Assembly (NCBI GenBank): GCA_028534125.1
Contig: CM052817.1
Coordinates: forward strand, 77,750,001-77,814,000
DNA length: 64,000 nt
Reading direction: 5' to 3'
Source: Lama glama
Taxonomy: Eukaryota
In this document: positions 24,806 through 37,410 of the stretch, one piece after another
Numbering within the stretch: position 1 is the first letter of the stretch
Layout of the letters: the number at the start of each line of letters is the position of its first letter
Notes under the pieces: generated by a model
Databases searched by the model: none
What the model saw: the letters and a program-made list of their open reading frames with translations, nothing else
What the model was told of the DNA's origin: nothing
Made by a program: the position numbers and the translations under genes

Positions 24806-24994
24806 CATGGAGATACAGAGAGGGAGAGCAATTTATATCAGCTAGTGCTAAAAATTATTAATTTTACCATACCACATTGTTAATATTAGTCTCCATTAGT
24901 TAATATTGAGTCTAGATTATAATAAAAAACAAATAAAAAAATAAATAGCAATACTAGTTTTTCCAGTCAGTTCAGTTCATGAAATGAAGGCATT

Positions 24995-25015
24995 CCCCTG
25001 CCACCTGGTGGCAAT
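24995..25015 (-). promoter_or_regulatory. Candidate CTCF-binding site
   Basis: The minus strand reads TTGCCACCAGGTGGCAGG, matching the CTCF core CCACYAGRKGGCR. It lies in unique AT-rich DNA. Confidence 0.55.
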
Positions 25016-26236
25016 GTATTCTAATTAGTATTTGGAGAGGTTTTTGAATGGTGCACAATTACAGTATACCTTAATTGAGATTTAGAGTTTTTGAATGTGA
25101 AGTCTATCCTTCAAATGTTGTAAAATTATACTTGGAACCTCTGAAACCTGCCAACCTACACCAAACAGTTCCTCAATGCAATAAAAGCAACTAAGTTAAA
25201 ATTCGACTATGTTTTAAAGAATCAGTAGTTATGCAGGATTTCACAGGGCTTTGAATATAGTTGGTGCTCAATATTTCAGGGTGACAAAAAGAGGAGCTTT
25301 CTTTGTTTTTCTCTAACACCTGCTCTCATTGCCTAGAAGAAAAGAGAGAGAGTAAGAAAGGTCAGTGACCCCAACACATTCAGGTTTTGTAGACTCAGTC
25401 TAGGAGAATAGGAATATACCTATAAAAGATCAATATAATGGGCTCACTGATTTACACTCCATTCAGGCAAGTTCCTGAGGAATGCATGTTGCTGTAGCAA
25501 GTGAATCATTTTGGCACATGGATGCCTGGGAGATAAGGGGGTGGTTGTTGGAAGGTCAAAAGAACTTCGATCCTGAGAAATAAGGTAGGTTGATAAGGAT
25601 TTACCTAAGGCTACCCCCTTTTTTTTAGTTTAAAACATTATGTTCATTATATTTTATTTTTCAACAGGACAATAAGAATAGATTTTATCCTTTTATTGAG
25701 CAAAGTTTGAGCTTTTGTGAATCAGTAACTTAATAATTCATGATTTTCATAAGTTTTTAGCATCCCTCCCAATGCTTAGAAGTACAATATAGCATAGTAC
25801 AACAGTTATCAACCTGGGAGTATTGGAAGACCTTCCAAGATACCTAAGCCTGGATAGCTTTAAAACAATAAATGTCCTGATACTTTCATGTGAAATTTTC
25901 CACCAGAATTGATCCGTCAGAAAATGAACCTATGTTCACAGAAGCCCAAGTCTCATTTTAAAAAAGGATACACAAATTCCTCATCTTATTTCTTGCTAAG
26001 ATGTATTGCCTGAAGAGTAAACCTTGTTGGGTATCCCACAAAGGGGTAGCCTCTGGCAGAGACTAATCATAGCACTATACACCTAGAGGGTTTTGAGTCT
26101 TTCCTGAATTTGCACATATTTCTGTTAGGATAGGGCCTAATGGTAGAAACTGGTATTTTTGCCACTTAAGAATGAGGTGAATTCAGATATGTGGTATAAA
26201 GCGTAAGGAAGTAATATCAATTTTTATTTATACAGA

Positions 26237-26366
26237 GGGGAGGGTATGGCTCAAGTGGTAGAGCACATGCTTAGCACACACAAGGTCCTGGGTTCAATCC
26301 CCAGTACCCCCTCTAAAAATAAATAAATAAGTAAACCCCTCCCCCCCAAAATAGACATTAAAAAAA
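26237..26366 (+). mobile_element. tRNA-derived SINE, camelid Vic-1-like
   Basis: A box 'tggctcaagtgg', B box 'ggttcaatcc', an (AAAT)n run, a C-run and an A tail. The TSD is tttatttataca (26223-26234) / tttatgtataca (26367-26378). Confidence 0.85.
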
Positions 26367-26766
26367 TTTATGTATACAACTTTGCTTCTTTCATTTCCTG
26401 ACCATTTTTGAAGAATTCATGGCTTCCATGGAAGACTTCATTGAGGAAAGAACATTAGTAAAAAAAAATTAAATGCTTAAAAATGATCTTTTCTACATAC
26501 TTAAATAATGGAAATCTTTTTCCACTCTTCTCAATATTATTCTCTGGTATCTGAAAGCACCTAACAACAGCCAAAAATATATAGAGAAGGAAAAGTTTTT
26601 AAACAATGTAATTAGATGTTTTCTGGAAATATTAAAAAAATTTTAAATATATTGGAAAAAAACTCCAAATAAAAATTTATAATGTTTCTTTCAGACAAAG
26701 TATATTATTAACTAAGGTAATTAAAATCTGTTTTTTCAAGTCATGTCATGTATGATTTATTCTAAT

Positions 26767-27266
26767 NNNNNNNNNNNNNNNNNNNNNNNNNNNNNNNNNN
26801 NNNNNNNNNNNNNNNNNNNNNNNNNNNNNNNNNNNNNNNNNNNNNNNNNNNNNNNNNNNNNNNNNNNNNNNNNNNNNNNNNNNNNNNNNNNNNNNNNNNN
26901 NNNNNNNNNNNNNNNNNNNNNNNNNNNNNNNNNNNNNNNNNNNNNNNNNNNNNNNNNNNNNNNNNNNNNNNNNNNNNNNNNNNNNNNNNNNNNNNNNNNN
27001 NNNNNNNNNNNNNNNNNNNNNNNNNNNNNNNNNNNNNNNNNNNNNNNNNNNNNNNNNNNNNNNNNNNNNNNNNNNNNNNNNNNNNNNNNNNNNNNNNNNN
27101 NNNNNNNNNNNNNNNNNNNNNNNNNNNNNNNNNNNNNNNNNNNNNNNNNNNNNNNNNNNNNNNNNNNNNNNNNNNNNNNNNNNNNNNNNNNNNNNNNNNN
27201 NNNNNNNNNNNNNNNNNNNNNNNNNNNNNNNNNNNNNNNNNNNNNNNNNNNNNNNNNNNNNNNNNN
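26767..27266. other. Assembly gap (500 N)
   Basis: A run of exactly 500 N, probably a placeholder length. Confidence 1.
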
Positions 27267-28527
27267 TTGCAGGTCAAATCATTTTGATAGTCACTCTGGC
27301 TCTACTGTCCATCATGGGCATCTTGCCCATTTTGCTTTTCCTGGTTAGGTAATGCTCTGTCTGCTCATTGAAATCAGGGAGGCCATTGAAATAGAAGCAT
27401 CTTTCAATCTAGAAGGACAGCAACTCTGGAGCTATAGTGCTTTTCAGAGAAGGTGGTTTTCAATCTTCCTTGACTGACTAAAGCAATGTATTTCTCAGTG
27501 CTTTGGTGTGGGGGCAATATACTCTGAGCCCTCTCAGGGGATCTAGTTGGGAGATCGTTATACCTGATTAATCTGTTCCAACACTTCTGTTCTTTTATCT
27601 TGGGATTGCTTCCTGAACAATATTCCAAGGAATTTTTTGGCATATCAAGTTCATTTAATTAAAGTGTAGCCATATCTATAAATTCATCCTGGTCTATAAT
27701 TTTGTTCCTTTCTCCATAGTCTAATACTCTTAGAATCTATGTTCATGATATTCTCCAGATTAACCACAGTGTAAAAGTAAAAACAAAACATTTTATTTTG
27801 GGGTATAAGTTGTTCACTTTCTAAATTAGACTTTGTACCATCCTCACCATGAAATGTTTGGATTTGATTCTAGTTAACAATCTTGAGGCAATGAAAGATG
27901 GAAGGAATGGAACATAAGAAAACTTGTCATTAATTTCAAAAGTGTCCTGTTCAGATGAGGCCAGTAGAGGATCTTAGGTCTGGCAGGTCTCTGCTCATCA
28001 GACAGGGAAGGAGGAACTGCTTCTGCTGACCAGGGTGGCCCCCCAGGGACTTAGGGATCTGGGGAACTCAGAGCTATCTGAGTCTACTCAAATGCCTACA
28101 TTCAAATTAATCAGGCTACCACTGTGTCCCAAACAATGTCCTGAATCTTCCAGAAACACTTGATGAGGTTGAGAATTGACGTATATTCACCATACCTTGA
28201 GCTGGAACTTAAAATCCTGCACTGGTTATTTCCTTTTTATTAGCCTCGATAATGTAGTTAGAAGACATTATTAACAACCCCGTGAACTTCACATTCTTTA
28301 TTTTTACCATAATATTTTATGGTAGCAGCTACTTGGTCTGTCAAAACATTGACTCCCAAATGCACTTCATTCCAGGTTATTACAGGTGATAAACTATGTA
28401 ACTGTTTTACCAATGGATACTGTGAATTTCCCTAAGTCCCACCATTCAGTTCTTGTAGGAGACTTTCTCTGTTGAAGCCTATCTAGATCAGATAGCAAAT
28501 TCCAGATTTTCATTTCTTTGGTACTCT
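27267..28527 (-). mobile_element. Decayed class III (ERV-L type) endogenous retrovirus internal region, gag remnant
   Basis: Minus-strand peptides occur in ERV-L Gag order: VKQLHSLSPVITWNEVHLG (from 28410), ILRVLDYGERNKIIDQDEFIDMATL (27736-27662), TKALRNTLL, PSLKST, DASISMASLISM and GQ*SQSDYQNDLTC. There are many stops and frameshifts. Confidence 0.8.
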
Positions 28528-29020
28528 GTTGTGGAGATACACAGTTGCAGAGGGCAGAATGTAGCTTGCTTAATACAGGAATTTACTATAATGTATTATA
28601 TGGGCTACAGAAATTTTAGAAGGGTTGAAGAAGCAAGTTTCAGGCTGAGCTTCCAGAAATGGTTCCCAGAGCTACAGAACAGAAGTGGTCACCAGTGCAG
28701 TTGGTATTCCTGCTGAAATGAGGATGCTGGGAAGCTGTCACTGTGGTTGCTAGCTGGAGAACCATGCTGCAGCTGGTATGACCCACACCAGTGGAAGATA
28801 TGCTTCATTTTGTGATTGTTTTGTCACCTCCTCAGTTCTGAATTTGAGTCGTGTGTGCTCTCTCTCTCTGTCTCTCTCTCTCTCTCTCACACACACACGG
28901 AACCTAAATCATATTGGAACTTCATCTGCAAATTCATCTGGGAGATGTAGTTTTCATCTTTCCAGTATTTATAGTATACTAGGTGAATATCCCAATACAG
29001 GTTGAGAGAGAGGGTTAGTC
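28528..29020 (-). mobile_element. Probable 5' LTR of the ERV-L-type element, with an internal (TC)n(CA)n microsatellite
   Basis: Lies directly upstream of the gag remnant and carries the old class III LTR motif 'aacctaaatcatattggaac...ctgcaaattcatctgggagatgtagtttt'. Confidence 0.6.
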
Positions 29021-30309
29021 TACTATGTTCTTCAGTGAATTTTTAATTGCTACATATTTTAATTTTTATTTCCCCCTTTTTTTTTGTATCTATGTTTAGG
29101 TACTGTTCTGGTTTCTTTTGGCTATTACTTGGTTTGAATATATGAGCTATTTACTAAAATAGTGTGTGGAGAGAAACAGGGATCTAGGGCAGCTGCCAGT
29201 ATCAATTTGTGAGCATTGTCTCAAAACATTTGTCACATACTCACTGTGTCTTCTTTTGGGGCACATTCTCCTTCACTTAGATACATAGACAGTGAAGTGC
29301 TATATATCAGTGGCTTTTCAAATGGTGGATTTGTCTTTCCGTAGTTCTTTTATTAACTGACTCTGGTATCTACCACAAATATGACTATACTTTTTGCCTC
29401 ATCCCCATTTCAACTGCTGAGTTAGGAGGCTATGTCTCAGGAAGTAAAAGCGGCAATTATAAACAGTTTCTCCTTTGGTCCTTTTTATTCTCCAATCCTG
29501 TGTGGGCATAAAACCTATAAAACTCACTGATGCAAATAAACAGTAGTTGCTGAGGCTTCCTGGGCTCTGTCACTTAATTTTGTAGAACTCCATTCTCTGC
29601 AAGAACTCTGGAGAGGTATAAGTTAGCTTGAGGCATTGTCTCTGGATTTGGTAGGTAGCCTTCATAATTTGTGGTTTGGGATTATGACTATTCCTAGTTT
29701 ATTAGAGTTTCTTTTCTACCTTTTGTTCTTTGTTATTTTGTAGGCTCAGCTAGTGTAGTGTAATAAACACAGCTTTATCATGATATATTTTGCTAGAAAT
29801 ATGGAAATAGGAAAGAAAGTGAAAGGAATATTTTAGATTTTTCTCTCTCTCAGAATAGTTAAAAGAAATGTCAAGTCCCTTTTTACACGTGTGGCTTTTA
29901 ATCTCTTTTGCACATCAGTGGAGCTTCATAGCAACAACATGAAGAGAATGACTTTAATAAATTTAAATGGAGGATGAAAATGACAAATTAAACCTCCACA
30001 TTGTTTATTAAACGTAATAAACAATGTGTTTTTTTTCCCTGTACAGTTCTTCTGAAGAAACTTCTTATCTGGGAACCCATTGAAAATTATGAAATTTTGC
30101 CTCTTCCTTAACCAATCTTTCCTTCAAAGAACGCTTGGATGCTTAATAGGCTCAGAAGTATATTAAGAATAAATGGCTTCCCTAGAGCTGTGGAGGGGAA
30201 ATGAAAGTATTTACGGGTATTAGGACCAGAGTAAAACTAGTAATATTTAGGTCATAAATGGAAATGTCACTGTGTTCTGGCATGGTTTGCTTTGCATATT
30301 TACAATGTT

Positions 30310-30860
30310 AGTTATTTATACCCTGCTTTGTTTTCAAAAGGATTTCAGGCAACTTACAAAAATACACAAAATAAAAACAAATAAGTGGGGAAACTGAGGT
30401 AAAGGGAAAATATTATGGAAAAATATGATGAAGCAAAGGGTAAAAGAATTAAACAAATGCTTGCTGTAGGATCTCTCTGCTTGCTTAAAGTGAGCTGGCT
30501 ATTTGGCTCAGATTTCTAGCAGCCAATGTGAAGAGGAAAATGTAATTAGCTGTAAGATTCACAAACTCATTAAGATATAAATAAAGCCATTGCTCAGGAG
30601 ACTTGTATAATATTTCTGGTACTAAAAAACCTGAGTAAAATGTAATGATTTGTTTTCTTAAGAAAATTTATTAGATAGATAAAGCAACAAATTTCCCAGG
30701 GAAAATTTTTTGTAACTTTGATAAAATTCAGCAGCCTAACACCTAAAAGTAATTCATGTAAAATTTACTCCACTGGGGATTGGGATGAAACAATAGTTAA
30801 GGTGCAGGCTCCTGCTGGTTTGTAGAATTTGAGTATTCAGAGAAGTGCATTCATTGCAAA
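30310..30860 (-). mobile_element. Possible L4/RTE-X LINE 3' fragment
   Basis: 'tatttataccctgctttgttttcaaaaggatttcaggcaacttacaaa' resembles my recollection of the L4 3' end in reverse. Confidence 0.4.
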
Positions 30861-31479
30861 AATTATATTTCCTTCAATTTTAATCATTGTTTTAAATTTA
30901 AATATACAGATGTATATTTACATAAATTCAAGTAATATGAATAAATGAGTTAAAAAAAAAGCCCACTTCTGCTTTCCAAGAGTACTCATTGTTAAACATT
31001 TGGATTTTTCAAAAGTGTATAAACAAATGTATCACTGTACTTGTGTGTGCTCACATGAACACACTTACACACACATGAGTAGAGTTACATTCTGACGTCT
31101 ACCACTCATAAATCAAGGGTCAGCATTTTTAAGTCATTTGCTTTGGTGAAGGATCCAGCTGCTGGTCCACATGGATTAATGGAATAATTTCATTTGGAGA
31201 AAGTGCTCATCATGCTGCCAGAAACAGAAGCCAAGAGCAGATGTTTCCTAAAGGACATCTGCCAGTACATTTACTCAGGGATGTGCAGTGGAGCAGTCAT
31301 GCAGGCAAGCTTTGAGTCTCTGCCCCGCATCACCCATTCCCTCTAGTCAGGCAGCAGACATAATACACCTGCTTCCAGGCCAGAGAAGTGTGAGTGAAAA
31401 CTCAAGTAGGAAAGAAAAGCTGTTGTCCTTGGTTGCTGCAAATGCACTGGTGACATAGAGACAGCCAGGTCCAAAAGAC

Positions 31480-32400
31480 CACTGGCCACATGAAAGAGAG
31501 GTTACAAACTCAATGAAAGAAAATGGACTTAATAGAAATATCAGTTTAGGGAATTAAATATCACATATGTCCTGAGAGTTATAAACAAAGCTATCACAAC
31601 CAAGGAAAATGATTAGGGATTTATGAAATAAGAGTAGATAGTAATAATAATGTTATATGTCAGTTACATCTAATAATGACAAAAAGTAGTAAATGTGACT
31701 ATGAGGAATATGGTATAATTGTTAACACTAAAATCTCACTTTGGTTCCAGAAGAACACAAAAACAAGTAAAGAAGAAATTAATGCCCTGGAAATGTGAGA
31801 AATGACATAAAATGGTATACAGCAAAAAGAGTTTAAAAAGCAAAAATATGTAAGTTAAGACATAGATGATAGCATTAAATAATTCAGCATCCATCAAAAT
31901 GAGTGCCAGATGGAGAAGATAGAGAGAGTAGAAATGATATTTAAGGAAGGAAAAGATAGAGAATTTCCAGACAGGAAGACATAACTATATCTCAGATAAA
32001 GAAAACCCCCAAATCCTGAGCAGAATGTATTTAAATCACACACACACACACTCTTAGCAACATGGTGGAGAGATTTTAGAATATGAAAGATGAAGAGAAA
32101 AGTCCTAAAACTTTCTGTAAATAAAACAAATTATTTACAAAAGAATGAGAGTCTGATATGAATCTTCTTAACAGCAATATCAGGTTGTAGAGGTTGATAA
32201 AATCAAAGATTAAGAATGGAGACTGGAAAAAAAGTTGAAGGTAAAAATAAATAGATATCAAATTCTACAGGTAAAATATTTTCAAAGGAAGTGAGTAAGA
32301 AAATTAAGGTTAAACAGGTAAACTAACAGTTTAGTAGCAGGTTACTAAGGTAATAATAATAATATAACCCACAAGGAAAAATGATACAAAAACATCAGCT
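31480..32400 (+). mobile_element. Ancient L1/HAL1 ORF1 remnant
   Basis: The A-rich stretch 'catccatcaaaatgagtgccagatggagaag...gatatttaagg...gaatttccag...aaatcctgagcagaat' follows the ORF1p pattern NIxIIGVPEGE...IF...ENFP...IPSRI. Confidence 0.6.
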
Positions 32401-34329
32401 GAACAATCTTGAGTTATGGGAACCAAAACTGAATTTTTTTCCGGGATAGAAAAAAATCTTCAGGCAAGAAAGGAAAGCGGAAGAGGAAAGAGAAGACAGG
32501 CAGATAGGTAACTGTAGGTAGGCAACTCATGTCTTAATGAAATCTTGAGGTGGCTCTCCTGTTATCTCTTCACGGGGAGAAAACTAGATGGCCCACTCTA
32601 ATATGATGGCCTTAAACTCTGGCCTTTTACTTTAAACCTACAGGAAATATGTCTGTATTTAAAATCTCAGTGGTAGTGTTTTTTTAATTTCGAACAGGTG
32701 GTAACTGGGTGTGGTGTTCTTGGGTGACCCATGCACCTGTTAACATCATCTGTAAACACTTTCCAAACAACATGAGTATTGGCATTTTACAGGAAGTTGA
32801 AGAAAATCACAAGTACCCATAGAATTTTGTCCATAATTCAGGACTAAAGGTGCCACTTCCTCACTGAGTGTAACTGTTTTAGTTGGAGTTGTCTCTAAAG
32901 CAAACACTAGGGCAACCTGCTCTGAATTTCTCATTGTAAAAATGGTTTATCTTTTTTTTTTCATGTATAAGAAAAAGAAGATAAAGGAAATGAAGAAGGG
33001 AAAGGGAGCATTGGGAAATACCTCATTAAGGCTTTGGTCAAACCTGTACATCTCTATAGATAGTAAATTCCATTTTTTCATCATTGATCTTTGTATTTGG
33101 AGACAACATTCTTGAAGGGATCATTGCAATAGTAAGCAACTGTTACTGCAAAATTCAGTAAGCAACTGAAACCCCTTTCTGTGCTTGCCTGTCTGAGACT
33201 GCTTCTTTTGTCTTAAGAACTGCACAAAATACCACATGATGTAATACTACACAAAAACCACTCCTTCTGAACTTGAATGCCATAAAACTAGATGGATAAA
33301 CTGTTTTAGTGAAATTTGTCATAAGCTGGGCAAAGCTAATTAAATTACATCTCCAGTTCAAAAATGACACTTGATCATACATGTGTTTGGAGCTCCCACC
33401 TGGGTATGCTCATGTTTTATGGTCTTTTGTACTTTCAGCAGCAAATGTTATATCTTTCCCATAGCTTTCCCCTCCTGTTATTGGAGTGGGAAATAAAATG
33501 TGCTTTCTAAACTTTACTTAATGTCTTGGGCCCAAGGCTTTAAGTAAAGTTAGACCATGACTAGGCAACCAGCAATGGGAAACAATGACAAATGAATGGC
33601 AAATTCTTGCAAATCAAGTCTTTCCATAAGGTCAGCTATGAACATACATTGATCACACTGCAGCTAATAGTAATACAGAAGAAATAAACAAAGACTTGTA
33701 ACCTTATTGCTCTTTATTCCTCTTTTGCTACTACACCTGGGAGATGGGTGGCTGTCAATATTAACTTTATTTAGTAGGTGAAAACATGAAAACTAACATC
33801 AGCATAAATTGTACTTAACTGTGAGCTCCTTAAGGACAGGGATTGCATCCTCTTGGTACTTTAAATCCCCAGAGAACAATACCTAGCTTATGTTAGTTGC
33901 CCAAGAACAACATACTGTCACTTCACATATATTTGTAGCACACCCACAAACAGTTCTGCCAACCCCTATCATGGAAAAGCTAAAAGTAGTGCCATGAACA
34001 CAGAACTCTGGACCCTCCACAAAACATGTAACTCTGCTGGGATTGTCTCTTCTCTGGTTGTTCTAAGTTGATCTTTTATAGAGGGTAGATAAGCACTCAC
34101 TTTATCACTGGGGGTGTTGAAACATCTTGATTTTCAAGTGGTGCAAGAAACCAGAAAGATTTGTATGAAAACAGTAATATGTAACTATTAAGTATCCAAT
34201 TGGGACATTTTATTTTTATTATTTTATCTTTAACATTTTTTATTTTGGGAGTTAATGAACAGAACAGTGTTTTTCAATGCAATTAATGGTCCATGAGAGG
34301 CAATGTAGTGAGTGAAAAAAGCTGGGAGT

Positions 34330-34690
34330 CATCTAATCAACTATTATTGACTGAATTGTCTATTATATGTAAAATCATGGCTATCCAAAGTGAGTAAGAG
34401 AGATATGGTCCCTATTCTCATTGAGTTGACATTTTAGAGGAGGTGATAGGCAAAAAACTAACCAACTAAACAGACAACCAAGTAAATATGCTTCTTAGGA
34501 AAGAAAGAAGGTGCTGAGGTAGGATAAGATGGTGGAATATAGGGTACAGAGGGAACTGGCTTGGGAAAGGGCGCAGATTAGGTAACATAGGCCAAGGTCG
34601 GAAGGAGAGCCCAGACCCAGACCTGTGAGCAGAATATACCAGACCGATAACCACAGAAGCAAAAGCTTTGAGGGGGTAAAGAATTTGCGT
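34330..34690 (-). mobile_element. L2 3' fragment
   Basis: 'gatatggtccctattctcattgagttgacattttagagg' is the antisense L2 3' end. Confidence 0.65.
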
Positions 34691-34880
34691 GTTAAATCTA
34701 GGTTTGAATATAAACACGTTCCTCTATGAGCTTACTTGGGCAAATTCTTTTACTGAGGACTCTTAGTTTCCCATTTGTTAAATCAAAGTCATAATGCCTA
34801 TGCTGAATATCAGTGTGAAAGTTAAAGCTCTCTGTGGCAAAGTGCCCAAGACATTGTAGACCTTAAGAAAATGCTTCTTC
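34690..34880 (+). mobile_element. MIR SINE
   Basis: Reads 'atctaggtttgaat...cttgggcaaattc...ttagtttcccatttgttaaa...ataatgccta'. Confidence 0.6.
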
Positions 34881-36176
34881 CCTTTTCTGCCAACATTTTG
34901 TAGCTTTAGGTGAATTACTTAATAGAAGTCACAGCAATAATAGTAACAACAAAATGTTAACACTTCCCAAGGATAAATGTCATTTTGTTCCAAGTAGCAC
35001 TTAGAGTTAAAAATCTCCTGGAAGCTTTAAACAGGATTCAGCTGTACCCTAACAACTGTGACGGTCACAGATTACCATACCTACTTCTTAATCCAAGTGT
35101 ATTTAAGTGACTGCAAAAAAAAATCAAGATTGAAATGTAACAGATTGAAGCCCTTGGTGAGTTTTCAGTAATAGATTAGTGTGTATTTAATCGCCTTTTC
35201 AGCATAAATTAATTTAATCTCTTTTACATTAAACAGACTCTTAAGCAGGCCTTCTCAATGCTGCTGTATCACCACCAGGATTATTTTACTATCTATAGAC
35301 ATTTTCTATGCAAAAGTCCTGCAAAAGCATCTGTCTGTTTAGATGACCTTTCATAACTAATTCCAGTTGGGTTGGGTTTTGTCAGCCAATTGTAATGCTT
35401 ATTTTCTTAACAGACAAATAACCTTCCCTTTCTTGAAGAACCCTTGATGTATTAAATGATTAGAGCAATTTAAGTCCTTAGCGAACTCTGTTCACTAAAG
35501 TGTTCCTCTGAGACCAAACCACAGCCATACATGAGCTACAGTAAAGTAATCCCTGGGATTAGTATCTGTATAACCTCTGCGTTCTGATGAACACAGTGGC
35601 TGTGCATAAACCATTTGTGGAACGCCACACACACATACACACAGCACACACACTCCTCTAAGGTAGAGTAAACCAGAACCTGTTTGGTGGCTGCATGATT
35701 GCATAAAGGCCTGAGGTTGGAAGCCAGGTCTGCATTCACAGTGGCCTAGGTCCCTTTGGCTTTTACCCTAGATTTCTGAGACGTGGGGAAAGCTATGCTT
35801 TTTCGCAGATATGGTCCACCTGCCCTGAATGTGAATAGCAGGTGACTTCATTTGCTCTGCTGCCACTGAGACCTCCAAGTAGCAAGGCTGAGGTTGCTAG
35901 GTAGAGCTAACAGGGGAAGATGTTTCTACTCCTTACAGGTTTTCAGAGAGGTGGAAGGAGCCATTTGGAACTTATGGTGATGCTGCTGAGGAAAAAAGAG
36001 AAAAACAAGTTTGCCTGAGTTAGGAGGGTGGTATGTGGCAGAAACTCAACAGAAAACAAAAGTTTGACATTAATGAAGTGGAGGAAAGTGAAATTACTCA
36101 TTGTAGACAAAGCCAGTATGAGTCATTTGTGTTAAAAACTTAAAAGAATTCATCTTTTAAGACAATGGGAAAGGAG

Positions 36177-36178
<2 letters not shown>

Positions 36179-36219
<41 letters not shown>
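36179..36219. repeat. (TA)n microsatellite, ~20 units
   Basis: A perfect TA run. Confidence 0.97.
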
Positions 36220-36223
<4 letters not shown>

Positions 36224-37410
36224 CTAAATCATTCCCAGGAATGTACATGTTATTTCTGAAAATAGGAGACAGTGAAAGGAGATTTCTGTGGGTTGAATAA
36301 AAGATGATTTCTTCTACTGGATATCTCTGAAGAATCATGAGTGAAATGACTCTTACCATTGTCTTTGTTCAGCCAAATTCGTCTCCCCATTTTCTCTTTA
36401 CTAGCAGCCTAGAATGCCTTCCATTTTTCCATTTATTTAAATCCCACAGTTTCCTGTCAAAATCATATATTCTCTGTTAAGTTTGACCTTTTTCTCAGTC
36501 AGCTCTCCCTTCTCTGATTTTCCTAAGCTACACTTTTATTAAGCAGCTGGAAATCCTAGCTGAACCCAGAACGGGAAATAGAGGGAGGCTGTTTGTGGGA
36601 TTGGTAGACTGATGATCCCTGTAGGGTCTACATGCAGGAATTGTTAATCATTTTGGGTGGAAGTAGGAGGCAAGTGTTTTTGTCAAAGTTAGGTGGCGAA
36701 GATATGATGCCATTATAGGGGATGAGATTGAATTTTTCCTCTCCTAACCTTTAGGGTAGATTTTGAGCTCCAGGGGAGAGAGAGGTGTGAAGGCTGGCGA
36801 AATTGTAGTTATGAAAGACTTGATGAAACGGATACAAGCAGTGCTGCTTTAGGGCCCATGAGAGCACTAGCATAGATTTGGTTAGAGGGCCGTCTCTAAC
36901 CCTGTCTCTACCTTCTCCCCCAGCCACAAAGCCCAGTGTTGCATTATCACCTTAAGATTCCAGAGGCCACTGATGCGGGACTGTTGAACATACCAGATTG
37001 TGTTCCCACAGATGATACCAGGAGCAGAAGCAATGGAGGGTACCTAGATTAAGAAGTCAGAAGAGAGAGACACAAACAAAGTGGACACAAGAAAATGCAA
37101 GATCCCAAACAAGACTCTTAGAAATACATAGGGAAGATTCTGAGATGGAGAAGGTGTCTGGGGAGAGGCTTAATTTCTGCATGAGCAAATGTAGGTCAGG
37201 AATCCTAACAATTTGGCATAAATGTCAATATGATTTTACTTCTGCTCCTAGCCTCACATAATCCCTTCCAGCTATTTTATTTACAGTCGTCCTAGGTGAT
37301 ACATTTTTTTAAAAACCACTGGATATAACCAAAAGTTGCCAGTGTGCATTTCTTTAAAAACATTGTAATTACACCCAGGTTTTCACCAGAGGTTTATCCA
37401 AATTAATTAG

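Noticed and set aside
26237..26310. tRNA gene
   Set aside because: The A and B boxes are present, but the acceptor stem is poor and the sequence continues into an A-rich tail with a TSD. It is a SINE.
26743..27348. 201-aa and 171-aa ORFs
   Set aside because: They are artefacts of the N gap.
27404..27643. 79-aa ORF as a domesticated Gag gene
   Set aside because: It is largely out of frame with the Gag-like motifs, which are broken by stops and frameshifts.
36710..36719. CArG box CCATTATAGG
   Set aside because: It is a single match, and several are expected by chance in 64 kb of AT-rich DNA.
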